Shown: positions 1 to 10,259, counted from the stretch's first letter. The stretch is DNA of 64,000 nucleotides from Candidatus Binatia bacterium (GCA_963664015.2 CAXXLF010000002.1:1504001-1568000); one strand, 5' to 3'. The notes: a model not told the origin generated them from the letters alone. Program-made: numbers and translations.

Positions 1-1
1 G

Positions 2-757
2 ATCTTACCGGACGTCACGGATCAGTCGGCCTGGTTCAAGAAACAGCACCTCTATGCGGATTTCAAAAAGACCCTGTTTATTTTACAGGGGAACGTTACC
101 ACTACCATTGCGGCCTACAACACCGCCAAGCACAAACCCGGTGAGCTCAAGAGCCACCGGGACCTTCTCGACCCCAAGTGGCGCGGCAAGATGGTATCAT
201 TCGATCCATCGGGGCGGGGAGCGCTCGGGTCCTGGAAAGGCGTCTACTACAACAAAAACCTCGGGCCAAAGTTCATCCAGCGGTTGTTCAGCGAGATGGA
301 CGTGATCATCGCGAGCGACTTCAGGATGGCGGTGGACTGGGTCGCCTCGGGAAAATATGAACTCTTTATTAAGGGCCGGTCCACCGAGGTGTCGGACGCC
401 ATGAAAAAAGGGATGCCCATTGACATCTTTCGCTCCCCGCCGGAAGAAGGGTATCTCTCAGGAGGGTACGGCCACCTAGCGGTTATGAACCGGGCACCGC
501 ACCCCAATGCAGCCAAGGTATTCGCAAACTGGATTCTTTCCAGGGAAGGTCAAACGGTCTGGCAAACCAAGTCGGACAACAATTCCATGCGCATGGATAT
601 TCCCAAAGACATGCTCACCAAAAAGCATTCCATCGCCAAAGCAGGCGGCGGATATCTTGTTAGCAGTTTGCCCGAATACAGGGATGTTAGCGGCCTTAAG
701 AAACTCGTCCGCAAAGCGAGAGCCGACGCGGCCAAAGCGGCTAGAAAGAGAAGATAA
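2..757 (+). CDS. ABC transporter substrate-binding protein (Fe3+/thiamine-like extracellular solute-binding family), 5' part outside window
   Basis: Frame is open from base 2 (ILPDVTDQSAWF...LLDPKWRGK). Carries the APHPNAAKVFANWILSREGQ and NSMRMDIPKD motifs shared with the other SBPs here. Confidence 0.85.
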   Translation: MLPDVTDQSAWFKKQHLYADFKKTLFILQGNVTTTIAAYNTAKHKPGELKSHRDLLDPKWRGKMVSFDPSGRGALGSWKGVYYNKNLGPKFIQRLFSEMDVIIASDFRMAVDWVASGKYELFIKGRSTEVSDAMKKGMPIDIFRSPPEEGYLSGGYGHLAVMNRAPHPNAAKVFANWILSREGQTVWQTKSDNNSMRMDIPKDMLTKKHSIAKAGGGYLVSSLPEYRDVSGLKKLVRKARADAAKAARKRR

Positions 758-936
758 ACGGGAAAGGAAAAAGGAAGAACGAAATTAGCTATCAGCTTAA
801 TGCGAGAACAAACAAAAGATACTTAACCGCAGATACACAGAGAAAGATAACTCGCGCAAAGGCACAAAGGGCGCCAGGTTTGGAGAAGATACCATAACCG
901 CAGATTTTCGCAGATTCATGAATTAGGGGTAGGCCG
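758..936 (+). repeat. Purine-rich mosaic linker (AACCGCAGAT, CGCGCAAAGG, GCTATCAGC words)
   Basis: Shares words with 5696-5707, 14604-14629, 16043-16150 and 39301-39360. Confidence 0.75.
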
Positions 937-1299
937 TTATTGTCCCGGCTCGGCTCCAGTATTTACGCCCAGGTAGGAAAGCCTGCTTTCGCCCGTGTTG
1001 CGGGGAACGACGAGAAACTGGCCGGCCTTGATGGGTAGCGGCGGGGCTCCATCCCTCAAGACCTCCCCGCTTCCCTCAAGGACATAGAGGCAGTGGGCGT
1101 TTTCCGGATGGATGTGGAGATCCGAAACCTGCCCTGGCTCAAAATTCCTGATGGTGATGTGTCGAATATCGATCCCATCTCGATAGACCCCAACGATCAT
1201 GGGCCCGTCGGGATGAAAGGACTGAAACTCTTCAGGGTTTAACACTGCGACGTCCCCTGCCTCTATCTTCACCTCTTTAGTGTTGTCTCTAGGCATCAT
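937..1299 (-). CDS. Cupin domain protein, probably with a small internal deletion
   Basis: AGGAGG RBS before the ATG at 1299. Cupin motif HIHP...YVLEGSG is present, but the second motif reads VVPR-NTG and lacks the usual His-containing segment. Confidence 0.7.
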   Translation of the reverse strand: MMPRDNTKEVKIEAGDVAVLNPEEFQSFHPDGPMIVGVYRDGIDIRHITIRNFEPGQVSDLHIHPENAHCLYVLEGSGEVLRDGAPPLPIKAGQFLVVPRNTGESRLSYLGVNTGAEPGQ

Positions 1300-1756
1300 G
1301 CTCCTCCTGCAAGCTGGAATGGTACCGAGCAAATACGGAGTATACCCTCACCGCCGCCTTCCGACCTCACTGGTTTGTTCAGACGCCATCACGGGTCGAG
1401 AGCTACGCGATCGCCACCATCCCGAAGCCACGCTTGAAGAGCGGCTTGCTGCCCTTCTCAGTTACTACTATGCACCTCCCCAGACGTCTACAATGCAATG
1501 GGGGTCGGGCATAACAACCTTATCATACTGCATTACCTGCACGGTTACGATAAAGCGGTCGCCTATGACAAACGCCGTCAAGAGGGTAAAAGCCTCCTGA
1601 GCAACATCGACTCTTGGCTACGGAAACAGGAGGGCGCAAAGGGAATAGCGCCAAGCCTAGAGAGGCATAAGGCAACAAAAACAGCTTTGAGCTCTCAGCA
1701 AGAAAATCAGAAGAACAATCCAAAAAGATGCGTAGGAACAGGGGAACAGCCCTGGA

Positions 1757-2072
1757 TTAGGCTACGTGACGGCGATTGTCTTCAAGACCGACCACTAACC
1801 TGACCCCGAGGGCGTGAGCGATCTTCTCCAGGGTTGTTAGAGAGTAGTTTGTGTAATTTGGGTTCTCCCGTCGCGCAATTCCTGAGTGAGTTTTACCCAC
1901 CTTCCGAGCAAGCTCCGATTGTGTTAGCCCTAAACTTTCCTCGCAAATTGGTGATCTGGTCAGCAAGGCATGTCCAGCTGAATTCTCTTTGAAACGCTCT
2001 CTTGAATGCCGGAGTTTTCAACTCTTTGCCGAGTCTTAAATCCAATGGCATGGCTTTTCCTTTTTTCTTCAT
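1757..2072 (-). pseudogene. HTH (XRE/HigA-like) antitoxin, frameshifted
   Basis: MKKKGK...AFKRAFQRE continues in another frame as GLTQSELARKVG...YSLTTLEKIAHALG. Lies directly after the toxin relic. Confidence 0.75.
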
Positions 2073-2073
2073 G

Positions 2074-2395
2074 TTATACTTCCCGCTGTCTGCTTCTCGC
2101 CAGGTCCAACTCCTTGCGCGGGATGGCCCGACTCTTCTTATTAAAGGCGTGTAGCAATATGATGCGGTTGCCGGGCTGGAAACAAAAGAAGACCCTATAG
2201 GACCGCACACGCAACTCGAATAGGCCACCACCCAGGCTCTTTGTATGGGGTTCCCTTAGCCTGTTCCCTCGTTATTGTAGATAATACAGCTGGGCTTTTA
2301 ATACCGCACGCCCCTCCAATGGTAAAGATTCTATAAACTTCTCAACAGGGCGGTAACCTCTAGGATCCTCGTATTGCTGTAGAACCCAGACCACA
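2074..2395 (-). pseudogene. RelE/Gp49-like type II toxin with internal stop
   Basis: Manual translation gives RPVEKFIESL...LQ*RGNRLREPHTKSLGGGLFELRV...IILLHAFNKKS. Confidence 0.75.
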
Positions 2396-2536
2396 ACCAA
2401 GTATCATATTGTTGCGATGTTATGTAAAGCCCGATAAAAAAGGGTCGGATGAAAAATGGCGTCAGTGAAGGGGGCGACGTGTAATGGGAGCCTACCATAG
2501 GATTTTGCAGATTGCAGGACATTAGGGGAGGGAGTG

Positions 2537-2580
2537 ATGGGGGTCAGGTCTATGGATTCTTGTTTTTGACCTAATCAATA
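2537..2580 (+). repeat. Left copy of ~44 bp imperfect direct repeat flanking SelO
   Basis: ATGGGGGTCAGGTCTATGGATTCTTGTTTTTGACCTAATCAATA aligns with 4259-4302. Confidence 0.85.
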
Positions 2581-2732
2581 CATCAAAGGGTGGGTGACGA
2601 TTCCAAACATCAAAGATGAGATCGGACTGTTCACTATTGACCTACGAAACGGTGATATATAGATATTTCTATAGATATCGAGAATAATGGAGCCAAGGAT
2701 TCACTAATCCCCCTGACCAAGAAAGACACACG

Positions 2733-4229
2733 ATGACGTACGTCCCTAACAACGCTGCCGCCGCGCGATTCGCTTTCGACAATACGTATGCGCGTGAACT
2801 TGAGGGCTTTTACATAACCTGCAAGGCGGCGCATGCGGCGCAGCCGAGGGTGGTTCAGCTCAACCGTGAGCTGGCTGAAGAATTGAAGCTGGATGCCGAT
2901 GCTCTCGATTCAGAGGAAGGCGCGAAAATCTTTGTGGGCAATGAGACACCCGAGGGAGCGGTCCCGCTGGCTCAAGTGTACGCCGGCCACCAGTTCGGCG
3001 GCTTCTCGCACCAACTTGGCGACGGGCGGGCGTTGCTCCTGGGTGAGGTGATCGACCGCAACGGCCGGCGCCGTGACATTCAGCTCAAAGGCTCTGGCCC
3101 CACTCCCTTTTCGCGCTCCGGCGACGGCCGGGCAGCGCTTGGACCAGTGTTACGTGAATATTTAATCGGTGAAGGGATGCACGCGCTTGGTATCCCGACG
3201 ACACGGGCGCTTGCCGCAGTGGTCACAGGTGAGCCTGTCTATCGCGAGATCAGGCTGCCGGGCGCGGTTTTGACGCGCGTTGCTGCCAGCCACATTCGTG
3301 TTGGCACCTTTCAGTTCTTCGCCGCTCGCGGGGAACAGGCCCAGGTGCGTCGCCTGGCCGATTACGTGATCGATCGACACTACGGGGAGCTAAAGGGCCA
3401 CGCAACCCCCTATCTGGGATTGCTTGAGCGCGTGTGTGATAGACAAGCGGCGCTCATTGCTAGCTGGATGCATGTGGGCTTCATTCATGGCGTGATGAAC
3501 ACCGACAATATGACGATCTCCGGTGAAACCATCGATTACGGCCCGTGCGCCTTTATGGATCATTATGATCCAGCGACAGTCTTCAGCTCCATCGATACGC
3601 AGGGCCGCTATGCCTACGCCAATCAGCCAAGGATCGCGCAGTGGAACCTTGCACGGCTTGCGGAGACGCTTGTACCCCTGATCGATGCTGATGAAAACCG
3701 CGCCATGGCACGCGCGACTGAGGTCCTCAATGCCTTTCCAGAACAATACGAACTGCAGTGGCTAAAAGGCATGCGCGCGAAGCTCGGACTGGTCAGTGAG
3801 GACGAGGCCGATCTCAACCTCGCCACGGGGTTTCTCGCCGCAATTGAGGGCAAGAAAGTTGACACCACGTTGGCTTTCCGTTACCTCGCTGATGCCGCCT
3901 TGGGCCAAGAGGAGCCGATTCGCTCCCTGTTTACCGATGCGTCGGCCTATGAGCTCTGGAGCGGACGCTGGCAGGCGCGGCTTGCCCGCGAGGCGGCGAC
4001 GCCTTTGGCGCGGGCGCAGGCGATGCGGCGTGTGAATCCCGCGTTCATCCCGCGCAATCATCGAGTTGAGGAGGCCTTGAGTGCTGCAACGGAACGCGAC
4101 GATTACGCGCCTTTTACAACACTGCTAAATATCGTATCGCACCCTTTCGACGATCAGCCGGAGTTTGCCGCCTTTGCCCAACCTGCGCCAGACGGACGAC
4201 CGCGCTACCAAACCTTCTGAGGCACCTGA
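2733..4229 (+). CDS. selO: Protein adenylyltransferase SelO (YdiU family). Ends at 4220 unless TGA 4218-4220 is read as selenocysteine.
   Basis: GHQFG, LGDGRA, QLKGSG-TPFSR-GDGRA, HGVMNTDN and TIDYGP motifs are intact. C-terminus reads YQTF-TGA-G-T-TGA. Confidence 0.92.
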
Positions 4230-4234
4230 CTAAC

Positions 4235-4249
4235 GCGTCCGGGCGACGC
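4235..4249 (+). promoter_or_regulatory. Candidate bacterial SECIS hairpin
   Basis: GCGTC-CGGGC-GACGC. The loop starts 19 nt after the TGA and has G at loop position 2. Confidence 0.5.
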
Positions 4250-4258
4250 AAAAACGTC

Positions 4259-4302
4259 ATGGGGGCAGATCTATGGAATCTTGTTTTTAACTTAATCAAA
4301 TA
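4259..4302 (+). repeat. Right copy of direct repeat flanking SelO
   Basis: ATGGGGGCAGATCTATGGAATCTTGTTTTTAACTTAATCAAATA. Confidence 0.85.
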
Positions 4303-4470
4303 GGTCGACGAACCGGTGCATCGCCAGAATCCATCGAAGCAAAACCGCGATTTTCACCAAATACACGTTGGCTTGACGACCCGCCGGTTCGACGCTATAT
4401 CTTTCGACAGAGTAAAAGGCCATTTAAATTTCCGTTAAATACAATCGACACAAGACCAGGAGGTAAGATT

Positions 4471-5067
4471 ATGGCAACCACAACAGAGCGCCCTCTCGCC
4501 GATGCGCTCACAGCAATCAGGACACGCCGTGCGATGAAAGAATACCTTCCCACCGAAATTCCTCGGGAGTGGATCGAGGAGCTGCTCGACGCCGCCCATT
4601 GGGCACCCAACCACAAATTGACCCATCCCTGGCGTTTCCACGTGTTTTGCGGAGAGGGGCGCGAGCGATTGGTCGAAGCCCGACAAGCAGCAGTACGTTG
4701 GGGCGCGGAGAAAAAGGGTGAGCAGGTGACCGAAGAGGCTCTCGGCTTCGCTCGGGCTAAGTGTTTTTCGTCCCCAGTCGTGATCATCGTTTCTATGGTG
4801 GGCGATGAGAACAAAATCATGGACCAGGAGAACTTCGCGGCCTGCTGGTGCGCTATTGAGAACCTGCTGGTCGCCGCGACCGCGCGAGGCCTGGGCAGCT
4901 ATCCCAGCACGGGCACCTGGATCGACGAAAACTTCCTTGGCCCAATCCTCGGACTCACAGAGAAAGAGCGACCGGTGGCGTGCGTTTTCTTGGGGTACTC
5001 GGAGCAGGAGACTATGGCAAAGCGCCTGCCCGTGGATCGCCATACCACCTGGTACACAGACAAATAA
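4471..5067 (+). CDS. Nitroreductase family protein (YdjA-like)
   Basis: AIRTRRAMK, AAHWAPNHKLTHPWRF and AIENLLVAATARGLGS motifs. AGGAGG RBS. Confidence 0.9.
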   Translation: MATTTERPLADALTAIRTRRAMKEYLPTEIPREWIEELLDAAHWAPNHKLTHPWRFHVFCGEGRERLVEARQAAVRWGAEKKGEQVTEEALGFARAKCFSSPVVIIVSMVGDENKIMDQENFAACWCAIENLLVAATARGLGSYPSTGTWIDENFLGPILGLTEKERPVACVFLGYSEQETMAKRLPVDRHTTWYTDK

Positions 5068-5117
5068 TAGGAAGACAGTTAGCAGCCACACGGTTGAGAG
5101 GTCAGGGGGCAACCAGC

Positions 5118-5705
5118 ATGGCGACGAACGTTGCGACCATTGGTGAACTGCGAAGTAAGGTCGCCCTATCGTGCAGAATCCTACCGATGGCGCTCGGCCG
5201 AACGGCCGGGCACGTGAGTGCGCGAATACCGAGAACGGATGAGATGCTGCTGCGTTGTCGTGGCCGCGGAGGGGCCGCCCTCGACGCGACTGACGTTCAT
5301 CACATCCGTCGCCTGGACTTCGATGGGGAGGGCACTGGCCTTGGCGACGGGTACGCGGCGCCCCATGAGACTCCATTGCATGGAGAGATTTATCGCGCTC
5401 GGCCAGACGTGCATGCAGTGGTGCACGTACACTGCATGTTTGCCCTCTTGTGCGGCGTAGCCGGCGTAGAGTTCCTTCCCGTGTTCGCCAGTTACAACCC
5501 GGGACTCCTTAGAATCATCCTGGATGGCGTGCCGATTTACGAGCGCGCTGCCACCGTTGTGAATCTCGAGATGGCGGCGGAAATGATCGAGGTCATGGGG
5601 GAGCGCGACCTAGTACTCCTGCGTGGCCAAACTAGAGCGGGAGGTTGGACTGCCCACGGAAGAGGCAGGGGGCAAGGCAAAAGTAAAAAGGTAAAACGAA
5701 ATTAG
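5118..5705 (+). pseudogene. Class II aldolase/adducin family protein, 3' part deleted
   Basis: GHVSAR, ETPLHGEIYRARPDVHAVVHVH motifs. Breaks at VLLRG just before the third His and runs into linker DNA. Confidence 0.75.
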
Positions 5706-5966
5706 CTGCCAGCCATCAGAATTAACCTCCATGACTTCAAAACACTTTTTTGAGTCTTCAGCCAGCGAGTCGGCTACTACACCCCGCTACACGAGTCAAG
5801 GACGGCTTTGGGGATTGACTCAGTAGAACTTCTTTGGCAATGTTGCCGCCAGCGCCCCACAGCGTTAGTGTAGGGCAGCGGTTTGAAGGGTACCTCCTGG
5901 CGCGTCCGCGCAGAATGACTGGCAACGACATGTGCCGGGATTCGCAGGTGGTACTGGCCAGGAGCA

Positions 5967-6368
5967 ATGTGCAGGAGCAAGGGAAGGTTGGTTAGTTTCG
6001 ACATCGATGGCACGATGGTGTTCGGCGACCCGCCCGGAGATATTACGGTGGAGGATGTTCGGAAGGTAAAGGAGCTCGGGTTCATAGTGGAAAGCGCGTC
6101 GGGTCGTACCATAGTGGAGCAGTCGGAGATGTGGCATGATGCCGGGATCGAGGTCGAATTCGCTTCGCTGAAGCATCGGCTCGCGCAAGTAAAGGAACAT
6201 TTTCCGGTCACACGGTACGTCCACATCGGAGATACCATGGCCGACAAGCGGCTTGCGGAACAGGCGGGGTTTGACTTCGTCTGCAGCAGCGATGTACGAC
6301 GAGGGGACTTTTTGCTTTTACTAGCTGGAGAAGTAAGTTTCGGACCGGGTCCCGCAAAGTATGGGTAG
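5967..6368 (+). CDS. HAD-superfamily hydrolase
   Basis: FDIDGT motif I and HIGDTMAD motif IV. Confidence 0.8.
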   Translation: MCRSKGRLVSFDIDGTMVFGDPPGDITVEDVRKVKELGFIVESASGRTIVEQSEMWHDAGIEVEFASLKHRLAQVKEHFPVTRYVHIGDTMADKRLAEQAGFDFVCSSDVRRGDFLLLLAGEVSFGPGPAKYG

Positions 6369-6389
6369 ACACCCACGTTAGAAAACGAG

Positions 6390-7571
6390 ATGGTAGACAA
6401 TCCCATCAAGGACAAGACGGCTGTTGTGGGGATCGGTTGGACGGCGTTTACCCGACGGTCGGGTACGTCCACGGCTGCGCTGGCGGCTCAGGCAAGCCTC
6501 ATGGCGATTGAAGACGCGGGCCTGCGGGTTGAGGACATCGACGGTGTCGTGAGCTACTACCACAAGCACAATGACACGGTTGATCCTAAAGAGCTAGCAC
6601 ACTACCTCGGCATACCGCGATTAGACTACCACCTGCTCCACGACGGTGGCGGGAGTTGGAACGCGGGCTCCATTGTCGCTGCCGCCGCGCTGGTGCACGC
6701 CGGCCTTTGCAAGAACGTCCTGGTGTATCGATCCAAAAATACCTATAGCGAGGGACGGGCGACCGCTCCCAAGCGGGCCCACGAGGTGACTGGTGCGGAC
6801 CAGTTCACCACTCCGTTTGGCATGCATCATCCAGCCGCAAATTTCGGGCAATACGCGACAGCACACATGGCGAGATATGGAACAACCACGTTGGACTTTG
6901 CCCATCTTGCCGTTACAGAGCGGAAGCACGCCATGTTGAACAAGAAGGCCCAGATGCGTAAGCCGATGACCATTGAGGATCATCAGAATTCTCGCTGGAT
7001 CGTTTATCCCTTCCGATTGCTTGACTGCTGTCAACAAACCGATGGATCGGTCGCCGTCGTGGTGTCATCGGCGGAGCGTGCACGTGACCTTCGGCACAAT
7101 CCCGTCTACATCATGGCGGGGATCGGAGGGAACGCCTACGTGGCGGACCTGTGGCAGACTTACGGGGTCTACAGCGGGCCTCGGCTTTTCGAGATGGCGG
7201 AGATCACGCCAAAGGACGTGAGCGTAGCCGAGGTCTACGACCCGTTTACCTTCATGTGTATGACCCACCTGGAGGACTTCGGGTTCGTCCCCAAGGGTGA
7301 GATAGGACCGTGGGTCCGAGAGGGGCACAACGCCCTGGACGGAGATCTTCCCGTCAACACGCACGGTGGCCTGCTCTCGGAAGCCCACATTCACGGGCTC
7401 AATCATATTATTGAGGCGGTTCAGCAGCTCCGCACCGAGGGAGTGGTAGATGATCTTTGCGACGGACCTCACACCTTTGATCGATCCGTCTGCCGCCAGG
7501 TCAAAGAGCCGCAGATCGCCTTCGTGTGTGGTGAAGGAGCAGGGAGCGCTATTCTGCTGCGCAAAGGGTGA
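6390..7571 (+). CDS. SCP2/Ltp2-like thiolase-fold protein
   Basis: LLDCCQQTDG, AEVYDPFT and PVNTHGGLLSEAH motifs. Coupled to a DUF35 gene. Confidence 0.85.
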   Translation: MVDNPIKDKTAVVGIGWTAFTRRSGTSTAALAAQASLMAIEDAGLRVEDIDGVVSYYHKHNDTVDPKELAHYLGIPRLDYHLLHDGGGSWNAGSIVAAAALVHAGLCKNVLVYRSKNTYSEGRATAPKRAHEVTGADQFTTPFGMHHPAANFGQYATAHMARYGTTTLDFAHLAVTERKHAMLNKKAQMRKPMTIEDHQNSRWIVYPFRLLDCCQQTDGSVAVVVSSAERARDLRHNPVYIMAGIGGNAYVADLWQTYGVYSGPRLFEMAEITPKDVSVAEVYDPFTFMCMTHLEDFGFVPKGEIGPWVREGHNALDGDLPVNTHGGLLSEAHIHGLNHIIEAVQQLRTEGVVDDLCDGPHTFDRSVCRQVKEPQIAFVCGEGAGSAILLRKG

Positions 7572-8002
7572 GAGGGATCATGGTCATGGAGTACACAAAG
7601 CCGTTGCCGACCCCGGACCAGGACACGCTGCCCTTTTGGGAGGCGTGCAAGCAGCACGAGCTTAAGGCTCAAAAATGCTCTTCCTGTAGTTCATATCGTT
7701 GGCGGCCCCGAGGACTGTGTCCCAAATGCCGATCATGGGAGTTCCAGTGGGTGCCTTTGAAAGGGACAGGGACGGTATACTCCTACGTGGTCGTGCATCA
7801 CGTTACTGTTCCAGAGTTTGCAGACGATGTACCCTACGTGATTGCCCACGTAACGATCGACGGCACCGACGACGAAGTGCGAATCACCACCAACATCATT
7901 GACTGCCCTTGGGAGAATGTTCAGGTCGGCATGAGGGTAACGGTTGTATTTGACGACGTCACACCCGAGTTCACGCTGCCCAAGTTTCGTCCGCTCAAAT
8001 AA
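7568..8002 (+). CDS. DUF35 Zn-ribbon/OB-fold protein (ChsH2-like); true start may be a few codons downstream
   Basis: PFWEAC, CSSC...CPKC, GTVYSY and VGMRVTVVF motifs. Confidence 0.88.
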   Translation: MRGIMVMEYTKPLPTPDQDTLPFWEACKQHELKAQKCSSCSSYRWRPRGLCPKCRSWEFQWVPLKGTGTVYSYVVVHHVTVPEFADDVPYVIAHVTIDGTDDEVRITTNIIDCPWENVQVGMRVTVVFDDVTPEFTLPKFRPLK

Positions 8003-8187
8003 GGGATCAAGTCTGCTCTTGGCTTTTTAGTTATCAAGTTCGATTTGATTTGCGTCGTTCGCCGCCCCCCCCACTCAAGAAGTCATCAGTGTCCCATAGC
8101 AAGAAATTGTTTATCCCGGAATTTTTCTGATATAAGCGAAACGAGGGCGAGAGGACAAAGCTCGACAGCAGAGAGGAGAAGACACCG

Positions 8188-9209
8188 ATGCCTGTGAAAT
8201 TCGGATTCTCTATCCGTGGGATAGAGCCAATAACCAGAATGGCTGAGCTCGCCCAGCGAGCCGAAGAGGCCGGGTTTGACCAGCTCTGGACAGCCGACTC
8301 ACATGCCATCTTCAAGGAGCTCTACGTCACTTTGACCGCGATGGCTCTCAGGACCCGTCGTCTGAGTATCGGGCCGATTGCCACGAGTAACCGGACACGG
8401 CATCCGACCGTAACAGCCGCAGCCATGGCTGCTCTCGATGAAGTGTCTCGAGGCCGCGCCCTCTTGGGGTTCAGCGTTGGTGGTAGCGCAAACAGGGCCA
8501 TCGGTGCAGAACCATCCAGGATCAAGGAGTGCGAAGAGTTTATTGGGCTGATCCGAAAATTCTGGCGCGGTGAGCCGGTGACAACTGCAAATCCCCCTTT
8601 TCGCTTTCCTTGCCGCCAGATTCCTCTCTACTTCACTGGTTCAGGGCCGCGCGTTCTGACCATGGCGGCAAGGGTGGCCGACGGAGTGATCATCAGTGCC
8701 ACCGCTTTTCCACTAGCTGTTCGGAAAAAGGTCGGAATGGTCCGGAAAGCAAGCCAGGAAGCGGGTAGGAGTCCTACCAGCTGAAAGTAGGTTGCGAGGT
8801 TCACTGTTGCGTTTCTGAAGATTCCCAAACGGCAAAAAACTTGGTGAAACCCCTAATCGTCCACCTGGGAGTGACTCAGCCTGAACTTTTCCAACTTGCC
8901 GGCTTTGACATTGATATGAACCAGTTCCAAAAGGCGCATTCCAGTCAGGATGATCTGATGCATTCCAGCCGGTGGGAGAATGCTATTAAGGCGTCAGACT
9001 TTGTCACAGATGAAATGGTGGAACAATTCTTTGTGGCAGGCACCGCCGCGGAATGCCTCAGTAAGGTCAAGGCCCTTGCGGCCGAAGACCTCGACCACAT
9101 CATCATACGCCCCTTTCTCTCCTCCCCAGACCCGTCACGGTTGGAATTCGACCAGTCTTACATCATAGATAGCTTCGGGCGGGAAATCATCCCACGCCTG
9201 GCGGGCTAG
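8188..9209 (+). pseudogene. LLM-class flavin-dependent oxidoreductase, frameshift near 8775
   Basis: AEEAGFDQLWTADSH, RHPTVTAAA and GPRVL..AARVADG motifs. Continues in another frame (LKVGCEVHCCV...FGREIIPRL). Confidence 0.8.
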
Positions 9210-9405
9210 CCCTGCCTCTTAGCGCCTTGCCCGGTGACAGGGTCGTATCCAATATCAGTTCTCAGCTAATCAGGACCGGATCCTGACGATATCGTTGCCT
9301 GATTGCGACCACCGGGATCGAGCACCGGAGGATTCCAGGCTACTTGACAAACGAAAGAAAAAAGTGAAAGGTGCCGGGAAATCGTGATGACAGGAAGGAG
9401 TCGCG

Positions 9406-10158
9406 ATGGGCAGCACCGCGCAAACCAGTACATACAACCGGACATCATTTACCCGGGATGACCTTCATGGCCGCGACCGATCTAAGGCCGACTTCCAACC
9501 GAACCTGCACGTTGGCATGGAAGCCGTGGATTTCCCGCTGGTGGATCTGGACGGCCGAGCCATGCGGCTGTCCGACTATTGGGACAAAAAGCATCTCGTC
9601 GTGGAATTCGGTTGCATCACCGCACCGGTCTTTATTAACGACCTGAGCAGTCTCCACCGGATGCAACGGCAATTCAAAGACCAGGGAGTCCAGTTTCTGA
9701 TCATATATGCGCGGGAGGCTCATCCTGGAGCTCATTATCCGGCGCATACCTCCTTCGAACAAAAATTGAAACACGCACAGGACCTCAAGCATCAGGAAAA
9801 AGTGGACATCCCCGTTTTGGTCGATTCACTGGAAGGCCACGCACACCACGCTTACGGCGTCTCGCCAAGCCCGGTATACGCCATCGATAAAAACGGTATC
9901 GTGGTGTACAAATCGTCCTGGCTTAATCCCGGAGACCTCAAGTCCTTCCTCGCGGAGCTTCTCAGGAGCGAAGCCCTGAAAGCCAGTAGCGAACGGATGT
10001 CTCGGGTTGTCTACTCGGAAAAGCTCATGACGGTCCGGAGCAATTACGAAGTGCACGAGCAGGTATTTGAACGGGCTGGCCCCGGAGCCCGCGAAGACGT
10101 TAATAAGGCCTTCGGTGTAGACCCGGTGGAACTTGCCCGTAAGCAAAACAGCCGATAG
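9406..10158 (+). CDS. Thioredoxin-fold deiodinase-like/peroxiredoxin-like protein
   Basis: EFGCITAPVF and FLIIYAREAHP motifs; the YxREAHP-type motif is typical of the iodothyronine deiodinase-like family. Confidence 0.75.
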   Translation: MGSTAQTSTYNRTSFTRDDLHGRDRSKADFQPNLHVGMEAVDFPLVDLDGRAMRLSDYWDKKHLVVEFGCITAPVFINDLSSLHRMQRQFKDQGVQFLIIYAREAHPGAHYPAHTSFEQKLKHAQDLKHQEKVDIPVLVDSLEGHAHHAYGVSPSPVYAIDKNGIVVYKSSWLNPGDLKSFLAELLRSEALKASSERMSRVVYSEKLMTVRSNYEVHEQVFERAGPGAREDVNKAFGVDPVELARKQNSR

Positions 10159-10259
10159 CAACCATGCAAAGTAGTGGCTCAAGGATGCTCTTAAATCTTA
10201 TGAACTGCCGGGATTAAGTTTATTGTTGGTATTAACTTCACCCAAATAACTATCAGTCA

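Noticed and set aside
1320-1700. ORFs 1280-1600 and 1498-1803
   Set aside because: Possibly a frameshifted gene fragment, but no family is recognisable and the 3' part is linker DNA.
4435-5376. Long antisense ORFs (also 5777-6472, 31745-32494, 39634-40335, 49171-49803, 63634-63942)
   Set aside because: They are shadows of well-supported opposite-strand genes and show no motifs.
8770-8790. TGA in the LLM gene as read-through
   Set aside because: It is followed by TAG and the protein continues in another frame, so this is a frameshift.
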